Below are positions 9,878-19,067 of a stretch of DNA of 49,322 nucleotides, one piece after another. The notes beneath the pieces were generated by a model that worked only from the letters and a program-made list of their open reading frames with translations, did not search any database and was not told the DNA's origin. The stretch's first letter is position 1; every line of letters starts with the position of its first letter. Source of the stretch: Elusimicrobiota bacterium (GTDB taxonomy: Bacteria; Elusimicrobiota; Elusimicrobia; UBA1565); NCBI GenBank assembly GCA_043819795.1, contig JBDREN010000013.1:1-49322 (forward strand), written 5' to 3'. Both the position numbers and the translations under genes were made by a program.

Positions 9878-10687
9878 CTAATAGAGGTCGTCCAGAATGG
9901 CCTGCTTGGCTTCCGGATCGGTGATCCGCTTGAGCTGGTCGTCGGCGTACAAGCCGGCGTCCATCATGACCTTGTCGGTGCAGTTGGAGCAGAACTCGGA
10001 GATGTTCTTGACCATGATCATGGAAGATCCGTAGGACCCGAACGGGGTGATGTCGCAGGCAGGCCGGCCGGCCAGAGACGCCCCCGTGAAGATGCTCCGG
10101 ATATCCTGGCCGTCCTCGTCTTGGAACGGCCGGGGACAGCTCGCGTGCGGCCAGTTGCCTTTGTCTCGTTCGGTATGGCGCGCTTCATGGAACGCGACCA
10201 CCATCCGCAGGATCTGCGGGTGGTCGAACTTGGTGTAGTTGGGCGTCAGCCACATCTTGTTGGGGTAGAAGCGCCTGACGCACGCGACGGCGTAGGGCGA
10301 GCCGCAGCTATGCAAGCTGACCTCTTTGACCCGGGAGCCGAAGAAGTCGGTGTAGGCCGCGCCCTCCACCCGCCCGAATATCCCCTTATGCAGCTCCGAG
10401 GCGCCGCTCCCTTCGATCCCGTGGATGAATCCCAGGTCCGCGCTGAACTGCCGCCGGAGCTCCTCCGGGACTTTCTTGGAGAACCTAAGCTCCACTCCCG
10501 GTCCGCTCAAGATCCAAGCCACGCGGGCCGCTGTGGCCTGCTCGATGCCCTTCTTGAGCTCCTGGGAGCCGGACTTCACGTCCGTGCTGAGCGTTGAAAA
10601 ATCCTCGACCAGGTCTTCGGCGGGGGTCCGGCCCCCGAAGGACACCAGCATCGCGGCCGCCAGAAGAACGATGGTAACCAGTTTCAT
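9878..10687 (-). CDS. Secreted Cys-rich protein with HExxH motif (paralog 1)
   Basis: Signal peptide, FHEARH, six Cys including CSNC. Confidence 0.8.
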   Translation of the reverse strand: MKLVTIVLLAAAMLVSFGGRTPAEDLVEDFSTLSTDVKSGSQELKKGIEQATAARVAWILSGPGVELRFSKKVPEELRRQFSADLGFIHGIEGSGASELHKGIFGRVEGAAYTDFFGSRVKEVSLHSCGSPYAVACVRRFYPNKMWLTPNYTKFDHPQILRMVVAFHEARHTERDKGNWPHASCPRPFQDEDGQDIRSIFTGASLAGRPACDITPFGSYGSSMIMVKNISEFCSNCTDKVMMDAGLYADDQLKRITDPEAKQAILDDLY

Positions 10688-10846
10688 ATCCGCCGCCGGC
10701 CCATATTCTATCCGGAAATACCCGATTATACAAGGGACCGCGCGGGGGGAGCCAGGAGTCCCCCCGGGGGGACTGCCGATGCGGGGGGGCCAGCCCTCCG
10801 CCCCCTCCTATTCCCGCGTCCCTCCCCGCGGGGGAGGGACGCGTAC

Positions 10847-11659
10847 TCATCTATAGAGGTCGTCCAGGATGGATCGCTTGGCTTCCGGATCGATGATCCG
10901 CTTGAGCTGGTCGTCGGCGTAGAGCCCGGCGTCCATCATGACCTTGTCGGTGCAGTTCGAGCAGAAGCGGGAGATGTTCTTGACCATGATCATGGATGAG
11001 CCGTAAGCGCCCAACGGCGTGACGTCGCAGGCCGGCTTGCCGGCCAGCGAGATCCCCGTGACCCTGCCCCGGACCTCCTTTCCGTCCCCGTCCAGGAAAG
11101 GCACCGGGCAACGTGCGTGAGGCCAGTTCCGGTGCTCGGCTTCGGTATGCCGGGCCTCGTGGAACGCGACCATCATCCGCAGGATCTGCGGGCGGTCGAA
11201 TTTCCTATAGTTGGACGTCAGCCACATCTTGTTGGGAAACCGGGAAATGACGCAGGCGGTCGCGGAGGGCGAGCCGCAGCTGTGCAAGCCGACCGCCTTG
11301 ATCCGGGAGCCGAAGAAGTCGGCGTAGCTCAGGCCGTGCACCCGCCCGAAGATCTTCCCGTGCAGGTCCGAGGCGCCGCTCCCTTTGATCCTGGCGATGA
11401 AGCCCAGGTCGGCGCTGAACTGCAGCCGGATCTTTTCCGGGACGCCCGGATCGAACCTAAGATTCACCCCCGGTCCGCTCATGCGCCAAGCCACGCGGGC
11501 GGCGGCCCCCTCCTCGATGCCCCGCTTGAGCGCCCGGGATCCGGACCTCACTTCCGTGCTGAGCGTCGAGAGTCCCTCGGCCAGATCCCTGGCGGGGCTC
11601 TGGCCCCGGAAATACAGCAGCGCGGCGGCCGCCAGAAGGATGATCGCGCGGAGTCTCAT
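10847..11659 (-). CDS. Secreted Cys-rich protein with HExxH motif (paralog 2)
   Basis: Colinear with paralog 1 with a near-identical C-terminus; GAGG RBS before ATG 11659. Confidence 0.8.
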   Translation of the reverse strand: MRLRAIILLAAAALLYFRGQSPARDLAEGLSTLSTEVRSGSRALKRGIEEGAAARVAWRMSGPGVNLRFDPGVPEKIRLQFSADLGFIARIKGSGASDLHGKIFGRVHGLSYADFFGSRIKAVGLHSCGSPSATACVISRFPNKMWLTSNYRKFDRPQILRMMVAFHEARHTEAEHRNWPHARCPVPFLDGDGKEVRGRVTGISLAGKPACDVTPLGAYGSSMIMVKNISRFCSNCTDKVMMDAGLYADDQLKRIIDPEAKRSILDDLYR

Positions 11660-11939
11660 GTTCGCCTCGGGTCCCATAGCTTAGCCGAAAATTCCCGCTT
11701 GGGCAAGCGGCGGTCGGCGCCCCCCTGGGGCGGACTGCTGATGTAAGGGGGCAGCCCCCCCTACTTGGGCGGCCCCCCGTGGGGGGGCCGCCGACTGCTG
11801 ACTCGGAGGACGAAGCCTGTCAGCCGCCGATGCTTCCGGACGTTCTTATTGCCGCCGAGATATGCTATTTTTTGTCATACGCAGGCTGTCGCGGCCGCCA
11901 TCGGCGCGCACGGCGAACAACTCACGAAAGGAGCGCCCT

Positions 11940-12596
11940 ATGCTGAAAGCCGGCATCTTCGATCTCGACGGCATCATCGTGAACACGGTGCCTCTTCACT
12001 TCGAGGCATGGAAGAAGATGTTCCATGAGTACGGGTACACCACTTTCGATTTCGAGGACTACAAGAAGAAGGTGGACGGCATCCCCCGGACCGACGGGGC
12101 CAAGGCCATCATGGTCAACAACACCGACGAGGAGATCGCCGAGGGCTGCGCGCGCAAGCAGGAATACTTCCTGGAATTCCTGCATTCCAAGGAGATCCCC
12201 GTATTCCAGACCACCGTCGACTTGATCGAACAGATGATATCCGAGGGCGTCAAGGTCGCGGTCATCTCCTCAAGCAAGAACTGCATCCCCATCCTCAAGA
12301 AGATCGGCCTCTACGACCGGCTCGACACCGTGGTCGACGGGCGCCAGATCACCAAGGGCAAGCCCGACCCGCAGGTCTTCCTGCTGGCCGCCGAGAGGGT
12401 CAACGCGCGGCCGGAGGAATGCGTCGTATTCGAAGACGCGGAGCTCGGCGTGGAAGCGGCCAAGAGAGGCCACATGGCTTGCGTGGGAGTGGACCGCTAC
12501 GGCAGCTTGTCGAGCCTCAAGAGGGCCGACATCTACGTCGACGACGTGGGCGAGGTGACTCTCGACAAGATCCGCGAGATCGTCGGCGCGAGATGA
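11940..12596 (+). CDS. pgmB: Beta-phosphoglucomutase (HAD family)
   Basis: FDLDG, HFEAWK, SSSKN, GKPDPQVF, FEDAELGVEAA; AAAGGAG RBS; coupled to the GH65 gene. Confidence 0.85.
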   Translation: MLKAGIFDLDGIIVNTVPLHFEAWKKMFHEYGYTTFDFEDYKKKVDGIPRTDGAKAIMVNNTDEEIAEGCARKQEYFLEFLHSKEIPVFQTTVDLIEQMISEGVKVAVISSSKNCIPILKKIGLYDRLDTVVDGRQITKGKPDPQVFLLAAERVNARPEECVVFEDAELGVEAAKRGHMACVGVDRYGSLSSLKRADIYVDDVGEVTLDKIREIVGAR

Positions 12597-14905
12597 AAGA
12601 CCGCTTCGCCAAGCATCTATCGGGCAAGGCCTGGCTGATCCAGGAAAGCGACGCCGGCAAGGGCGAGCGGAACGTCCGCGAGACGCGGCTGGCGCAGGGC
12701 AACGGGTATATCGGCCTCCGGGCGATCCTGGAAGAGACGCCGCCGGACGCCTGTCCGGGCACATATATCGCCGGGCTCTACGACCAGACCTCCGCGCAAG
12801 TGAGCGAGCTGGTCAATCTCCCGAACCCCGTCCACTTCAAGATCACGACAAACGGCGAGAAGATCGGGACCGCGGCGATGGACGTCGTCAGCCACCGCCG
12901 GACGCTGGACATGCGGCGGGGGCTTCTGGCCCGCCGCTCCGTCTACTTGGACAGCCGGAAGAGGCGGTTTGATTATCAGTCCCTCCGGTTCGTCAGCGCG
13001 GACAACCCGAACCTGATCGCGTTCCAAGTCTATCTGACCCCCCTGGACCGCGCCGCCGAGATCACGGTCAAGACCGACATCGACGAGTCCGTGAGCAACC
13101 AGGGCACGCTGACCGAGGGCAGGAAGCGGCATTTCCAGATCGCGCACGTCTTCCAGTCCCGGGAGCGCGACTTCCTTTGCGTCCGGACCCTGCAGACCCA
13201 GGTCTTCGTCGCGTACGCCAACGCCCTGATCTGTCAGACCGGCAAGAACAGGAGGGTGACGGGAGAGCACTTCTTCAGCCTGAAGCTCCGGAAAGGGGAA
13301 ACGGCCTGCTTCACGAAGATCATCTGCATGGGGACTTCCCGGGAGCGCCACGCCGGGCCGCTCGAGCGGCACGTGTCGGGCATGCTGGACGCCTCCGTCG
13401 AGGAAGGGTTCGACGCGCTCCTGAAGCGCCATGTCAAGGCGATGGAGAAGCTCTGGCGCTCGGCGGACATCGCGCTCAAGGGGCCCGCCGAAGTCCAGAA
13501 GTCCCTGCGGTTCAATATCTACCACCTGCTCATCTGCGGGCCGCGGATCGGGGGAGAGGCCAGCATCGGGGCCAAGACCCTGAGCGGCGAGGGCTACCGC
13601 GGCCACATCTTCTGGGACGCGGACGTGTTCATCCTGCCCTTCTTCCTGTACACGCAGCCGCTGGTCGCCAAGAACATGTTGCTCTACCGCTACGACCGCC
13701 TGCCCGCGGCGCGCCGGAACGCGAAATCCCAGGGATACCGGGGGGCCCAGTTCCCCTGGGAGTCGGCGGATACGGGCGAGGAGATGACCCCCAGCTGGGC
13801 CAAGAACTTCGACGGGAGGATCATCCGCGTGCGCACCGGCGAGCTGGAGCACCACATCGTCGCCGACATAGCGTTCGCGGTCTATTCCTTCTACCAGGCC
13901 ACGGGCGACGAGGATTTCATGCTGCGCTACGGCTACGAGATCCTCTTCGAGACGGCCCGTTTCTGGACCAGCCGCGTCACCTACGAGAAGAAAAGGGACC
14001 TATACCACATCCGGCACGTCATCGGGCCGGACGAGTTCCACGAGGAGGTGCACGACAACGCCTACACCAACTGGCTGGCGAAGTGGAACCTGCTGGAGGC
14101 GTACAAGACGTATCTGAGACTCAAGAACGACCGCCGGTTCCCGGTCGCCGACCTGACCCGGAGGATCAACCTGAGGGAGGGTGAGGTCAAGGGCTGGGCC
14201 CGGATCGCCCGCCGCATCGCCTTCAACATCCAGCGCGACGGCCTCATCGAGCAGTTCGCGGGGTACTTCCGGAAGAAGCGCGTCCGGCTCCCCGCGCTCA
14301 ACGAGCACAAGCTCCCCGACTTGCCCGTGGGCCTGGATCTCGCCGACATCGGCAAGACCCAGTTCATCAAGCAGGCCGACGTGGTCATGCTGCTGCACCT
14401 GCTCTCCGGCTCGTTCAGCGAGAAGGTGAAGAAGAGGAACTATCACCACTACCTGGGCCGCACCCTGCACAAGTCGTCCTTGAGCCCGAGCGTCTACGCG
14501 ACGATGGGCAACGAGGTGGGCGACTGCGAAAGGGCGTACGAGCTCTTCCTCGCGGCGCTCAACGCCGACCTGCGCAACGTGTACGGGAACATCGCCGACG
14601 GGATCCACGCCGCCTCGCTGGGCGGCATCTGGCAGGCGGTGGTGCACGGCTTCGCCGGCGTGCGGCCGGCCAACGGAGGGCTCTCCGTCGATCCTCGATT
14701 GCCCAAGGATTGGCGGGGTATCGCGCTCACCGTTAAATGGCGGGGGGCCGAGGTGCGTCTGAACGTCAATCACACGCAGGTCGGCGTCCGGGTGGAAGCC
14801 CGGCAGCGCGGCGTCCGGATCCCCGTCTCGGTCTACGGCGTCCGGCGCGAGCTGGCGCCGAACCGCCGCTTCATATTCAAGCGGCCTGCCAAGACGTCGC
14901 GTTAG
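12593..14905 (+). CDS. GH65 alpha-glucoside phosphorylase (kojibiose/maltose/trehalose phosphorylase family)
   Basis: GNGYIG, GYRGHIFWD, GAQFPWES, VIGPDEFHE, KQADV, SSLS; ATGA overlap with pgmB. Confidence 0.92.
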   Translation: MKDRFAKHLSGKAWLIQESDAGKGERNVRETRLAQGNGYIGLRAILEETPPDACPGTYIAGLYDQTSAQVSELVNLPNPVHFKITTNGEKIGTAAMDVVSHRRTLDMRRGLLARRSVYLDSRKRRFDYQSLRFVSADNPNLIAFQVYLTPLDRAAEITVKTDIDESVSNQGTLTEGRKRHFQIAHVFQSRERDFLCVRTLQTQVFVAYANALICQTGKNRRVTGEHFFSLKLRKGETACFTKIICMGTSRERHAGPLERHVSGMLDASVEEGFDALLKRHVKAMEKLWRSADIALKGPAEVQKSLRFNIYHLLICGPRIGGEASIGAKTLSGEGYRGHIFWDADVFILPFFLYTQPLVAKNMLLYRYDRLPAARRNAKSQGYRGAQFPWESADTGEEMTPSWAKNFDGRIIRVRTGELEHHIVADIAFAVYSFYQATGDEDFMLRYGYEILFETARFWTSRVTYEKKRDLYHIRHVIGPDEFHEEVHDNAYTNWLAKWNLLEAYKTYLRLKNDRRFPVADLTRRINLREGEVKGWARIARRIAFNIQRDGLIEQFAGYFRKKRVRLPALNEHKLPDLPVGLDLADIGKTQFIKQADVVMLLHLLSGSFSEKVKKRNYHHYLGRTLHKSSLSPSVYATMGNEVGDCERAYELFLAALNADLRNVYGNIADGIHAASLGGIWQAVVHGFAGVRPANGGLSVDPRLPKDWRGIALTVKWRGAEVRLNVNHTQVGVRVEARQRGVRIPVSVYGVRRELAPNRRFIFKRPAKTSR

Positions 14906-15140
14906 CGAAGCCCTCCAGGGGAAACGCCCGCATAGCGTATTCCGTATTCTGGCTCGGTCCGTCAAGCCCGCGAGCCGCCGCGCCTTCGGCACGATCCCCG
15001 TTTCGGGGCCGGTATCCGATTGCCCTCTCCGGCATGAAGAAATACAATATATAGGACAGGCGAAGGGCCCGCCGACATCATCGGAGTTCCAGCGCGACAC
15101 ACCAGAGCCCAGAGCCCTCTTTCTCGAGGAGGCTAGATTC

Positions 15141-16457
15141 ATGTCACAAATCCTGAAAGGCAACGGTCTGATACTTGTTTTTGCGATCATGGGGCTGGCT
15201 GCGGCGCCCCTTTGCGCGGTGGAGTATTTCGTCGATCCCCACAACGGCGACGACGGCAATACCTGCGCCTCCTGGCAGGCGGCCTGCCGGGCCTACCCCG
15301 GAGCCGCGGCAAAGGCCCAAATGGGAGACACGATCAACCTCAACGAAGGCGTTTACGGCGAGCCCGAGATGACCCGCCTGGACAACGATGGGTATATCGT
15401 TAAAGGCCACGGCCGGGTGATCGTCACAGTCAACGGCAAGCTCAACAAGAGATACTCGGTGTTCGAAGGATTGACGTTCTTGAACACTTCTGCGTCAGCC
15501 ATGGACTGGGATACGACCGTCCGGAACTGCACCTTCACTGATGAACGTGCGGGCCCCCCAAGCGGAATCGCCGTCTACGCGAGCTTTCACAACATGACCG
15601 TGGAAGGCTGTCTTTTCAAGAACATCTATTTGGCTATCCGTAACGAAGGCTCCCAAGAGTTGGTGGCGCGGAACAACACCTTCGTCGATGTCTATACGGG
15701 CTTCAGCATAGGCGCGACCAAGGCCTTCGCGAAGATCCATGACTCGATTTTCTACAACGTACAGAAGGCGATCGCGTCGCAAGGCCCCTACACGTTCGTG
15801 GATTACAACGACTTCTACCTGACCCCGGAAAAGATCATCGGGACCGCCCACTACGGCTTGCACAACCTTGAGGTGGACCCTCAGTTCGTGGACCCGGACA
15901 ACGGCGTCTACCTGCTCAAGCCCACCTCTCCTCTATTGACCGCGGGCTCGGTGGACGCCGATCCGACCGAGAGCCGGATCAACCGCATCGGGGCCTACGG
16001 CGCGGGCATGTACTTCTCGCTCTCCGGGGACTCCACCGGGGCGGACCCGTATACGGGCTGGGTGGACCAGAACGGCACTGCGCTTGTCAGCAACGGCCAA
16101 GCGGTGAGCCCGCTTATCGAGGTCAACGCCCAGGGCTTCCTCGTATTGAAGGAGGGCTCCGAGTACGTCCGGATGCTGAGCCCTGTCTTGGACCTGGGCT
16201 CGGCATCGAACCAAGTCCGCGCCATCCGCTACGAGGCCCTGCAGGACCTCACCTTGCCGGCCGGCGAGCGCCACGCCGCGGACTTCGACGCGGCCACGGT
16301 CGTGCGGGAAAGCCGCTGGCGCAGCAGCGCCGCGCAGTTCGGCCCCTCGGACCCCAACCCGCCCTGGAACACGACAACCCGCGGCGGAGTGATCGATCTG
16401 CCCGACCGGGTCCGCTACGCCCAGCTCGAGATCACGCTGCGGAGCGACGCAAGGTAG
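15141..16457 (+). CDS. Secreted pectin-lyase-like beta-helix protein
   Basis: Signal peptide, YFVDPHNGDDGN, GDTINLNEGVY, DPQFVD...YLLKPTSPL, IGAYG; GAGGAGG RBS. Confidence 0.8.
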   Translation: MSQILKGNGLILVFAIMGLAAAPLCAVEYFVDPHNGDDGNTCASWQAACRAYPGAAAKAQMGDTINLNEGVYGEPEMTRLDNDGYIVKGHGRVIVTVNGKLNKRYSVFEGLTFLNTSASAMDWDTTVRNCTFTDERAGPPSGIAVYASFHNMTVEGCLFKNIYLAIRNEGSQELVARNNTFVDVYTGFSIGATKAFAKIHDSIFYNVQKAIASQGPYTFVDYNDFYLTPEKIIGTAHYGLHNLEVDPQFVDPDNGVYLLKPTSPLLTAGSVDADPTESRINRIGAYGAGMYFSLSGDSTGADPYTGWVDQNGTALVSNGQAVSPLIEVNAQGFLVLKEGSEYVRMLSPVLDLGSASNQVRAIRYEALQDLTLPAGERHAADFDAATVVRESRWRSSAAQFGPSDPNPPWNTTTRGGVIDLPDRVRYAQLEITLRSDAR

Positions 16458-16470
16458 GGCGGAGGTCCGC

Positions 16471-18207
16471 ATGCGAACGCCCGCTCGACGCGTACGTCCT
16501 TTCCCAGGCGCCATGCTCGGGATCGCCGCGCTGTGCCTCTGGATGGTCCCGAGCCCGAGAGCCCAGACCCCCGTGCTCGAATCCGCGAATCTTGAGACGG
16601 ATAAGACGACCTCCCCGGCTCTGATCCAGGCGGAGCTGGAGACCGAGACTCGAAGGGGCCAAACACCCGCCCTGATGCTAACGGGGCTGGAATACCGGAC
16701 GGGATTGCCGGCCGGAATGCTCCGGCTCGTATTGGAGTACGACATCATCGACGAGCCGCGCCTGACGGTGGCGTCTCCCGCGAGCGGCTCGATCGAGCTC
16801 GCCTCTCCCGTCGGCATCGTCGTGAGCTACGAGCCCGGCTCGAGATCGCCTCTGGAGCTGAGCACTTTGGCCATTCTGGTGGACGGACACGACCGGACCG
16901 AGGACGCCACTGTGGGCCCTGAGAGCGCGACCCTCGATGTCGCGCTGGACGCCGGTCCGCACACGGTGGAAGTCTCCATCGAGGATCAGGCGGGGCGGAC
17001 GGCGAGCGGCCGTTCGGATTTCACGGTGGACCTTGTCCCTCCCGCGGTGACGATCGCGTCCCCGTCGGGCGGCGATATCGTGGAGGCCGCGGGGACCTTG
17101 CTCGTGGAGTTCTCGGTCGCCGACGACGCGGACCCGGAGCCCGACGTCTCGGCCGATCTGGTCCAGACCGAGGACCTGGGCACACCGCGGGGCGAGCTTC
17201 CCGCCGAGATCGCGGTCCTCTCCGGACAGGAGCTCTTGGGCGCGGACCTGGACGACGGCTTATGGGAGCTGCGGGTATCGGCCGCGGACAAAGCGGGGCG
17301 AAGCACGGAAGATTCGACCGCCTTCGAGGTGCGCCACAACCTTCCCCCGGTCGCGGCGTTCAGCGTCCCGGATATGATCATCCAGGGCGCTCCCGCCGAG
17401 TTCGACGCGAGCACGTCCGCCGACGCGGACGGGACGATCGAGTCCCACGAGTGGGACTTCGGGAACGAAGCCTCGGGCTCGGGCGTGACGGTGTCCCACG
17501 TGTACGATACCGCCGGGGCCTTCACTGTGACGCTGACCGTGACCGACGACGACGACGCGACGGACACGGCCGCGTCCCCGGTGACGGTCAAAACCCCCGC
17601 CGAGGGCGCAACGGATATCATCGAAGAGATAACGGAGCTCGGCCTCCCCGCCGGCACGGAAGAGTCCCTCGTCTCCAAGCTCGAGAACGCCGCCAAGAGC
17701 CTCGAATCGGGCAACGCGAACGCCGGGACGAACCAACTCGAGGCGTTCATCAACTCGGTCGAGGCCCAGAAGGGCAAGAAGCTCACGGACGAGCAGGCCG
17801 AGGCCTTCATCGCGGCCGCCGAGCTCCTCATCGCGGGGGCCGGCAGCGTGGACGCGGACAAAGGCCAAAAGGCCGGATCACGCAACGCCGCGGTCGCGGC
17901 GGACAGCGCCTTCCGGCTGGGCGAGGTCTACGTGTTCCCCAACCCCGTGGTCGGCGGCGCCGCGCCGGTCATACACGCCGAGGTGGGCGTCGCCGACGAG
18001 GTGACCTTCCGGATCTACAACGTGGCCGGACAGCGCGCCGCGGTGGCGACCTTGGAGGGGATGCCGTCAGTGGTCAACGGCGCCTACGCCTACGAGTTCA
18101 GGTGGGAAGGCCGCATCCCGAGCGGCGTCTACATGTACACGGTCGTGGCCGAGAAGTCGGGCCACGCGTCGCTGCGCCGGACCGGCAAGTTCGCGGTGGT
18201 CCGCTAG
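16471..18207 (+). CDS. Secreted Ig-like/PKD protein with FIMAH-like helical domain and T9SS-CTD/FlgD-like C-terminal domain
   Basis: PKD (FDASTSADADG..WDFG..HVY..G.FTVTLTVTD), NQLEAFINSVEAQKGK, C-terminal VYVFPNP...IYNVAG...SGVYMY...GKFAVVR. Confidence 0.8.
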   Translation: MRTPARRVRPFPGAMLGIAALCLWMVPSPRAQTPVLESANLETDKTTSPALIQAELETETRRGQTPALMLTGLEYRTGLPAGMLRLVLEYDIIDEPRLTVASPASGSIELASPVGIVVSYEPGSRSPLELSTLAILVDGHDRTEDATVGPESATLDVALDAGPHTVEVSIEDQAGRTASGRSDFTVDLVPPAVTIASPSGGDIVEAAGTLLVEFSVADDADPEPDVSADLVQTEDLGTPRGELPAEIAVLSGQELLGADLDDGLWELRVSAADKAGRSTEDSTAFEVRHNLPPVAAFSVPDMIIQGAPAEFDASTSADADGTIESHEWDFGNEASGSGVTVSHVYDTAGAFTVTLTVTDDDDATDTAASPVTVKTPAEGATDIIEEITELGLPAGTEESLVSKLENAAKSLESGNANAGTNQLEAFINSVEAQKGKKLTDEQAEAFIAAAELLIAGAGSVDADKGQKAGSRNAAVAADSAFRLGEVYVFPNPVVGGAAPVIHAEVGVADEVTFRIYNVAGQRAAVATLEGMPSVVNGAYAYEFRWEGRIPSGVYMYTVVAEKSGHASLRRTGKFAVVR

Positions 18208-18926
18208 TCCTTCGACTTCCCCCCGTAGAAGAACTTGGAGATAAGGTGGGCGCAGAGCCCGCCGACCGCGGCTCCGATCAGCCCCCCGACCGGCCCGCCG
18301 ACCGCGAGGCCGACGATCCCGCCGGTGGCGGCGCCCACGGCGGCCGCGGTATGCCCTTCATTCGCGAGCCATAGCGCGCCCAAGCCCACAGCGCCTCCGG
18401 CCGCCGCGCTGCCCAGCATGGCCCCGCCGGCCGCGGCCGCGGCCAAAGCGCCCACGCCCGCGCCGAGCCCGCCGGCGATGGCCCAAGGCAGGAGCGTCTT
18501 CGGGTCCTTCGCCGCCGCCTTCACGCTCTTGGATAAGGCGCGGAAGCCGGATTTGATGCCTCCGGTAGCGGAACGCGCGACCTTCTTCGTGCCTGTCCCG
18601 AGCTTCGCGATAAAATTCTTCTTGTCTTTCTTCCCGTCCGGTGGGGGAGGCTCCGTCCGACCCTCGGGGTCCTCTTGCGGTGTGACCACGAGATTCGGCG
18701 TCGTCTTGCCGTCGCCGCCGCGCACGGCTCCGGCCTGGCCGCCGACCCCGCTCCCGTCGTAGACCTGCCCCGCCTGACTGTGGGCCTCATCGAGGCTAGC
18801 CGCGCCGGCCGCGCTATTGGCCTGCGCGGCGATCTCCTCCGACTGGTCCACGGCGGTGGCCCAAATCTGCCGTGGCCAGGACGCCGCGAATAAGACCGCA
18901 AAGATCATGACCGCTCGAATAATCAT
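18204..18926 (-). CDS. Secreted/membrane protein with glycine-zipper C-terminus
   Basis: Signal peptide and repeated GxxxG hydrophobic segments; GGAGG RBS. Confidence 0.7.
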   Translation of the reverse strand: MIIRAVMIFAVLFAASWPRQIWATAVDQSEEIAAQANSAAGAASLDEAHSQAGQVYDGSGVGGQAGAVRGGDGKTTPNLVVTPQEDPEGRTEPPPPDGKKDKKNFIAKLGTGTKKVARSATGGIKSGFRALSKSVKAAAKDPKTLLPWAIAGGLGAGVGALAAAAAGGAMLGSAAAGGAVGLGALWLANEGHTAAAVGAATGGIVGLAVGGPVGGLIGAAVGGLCAHLISKFFYGGKSKD

Positions 18927-19067
18927 AAACGCCTCCGTGAGGCTTACCTATATATTGTATATGGAAAGACGGTCGAGAGGGAGGGTCGGAAGGCTGGGCG
19001 GAGGCCGGGCCTATGGACCCAGACCGAGTTCTCGCCGGGACCGCGCCGACGATGAGGAGTACCTCCG

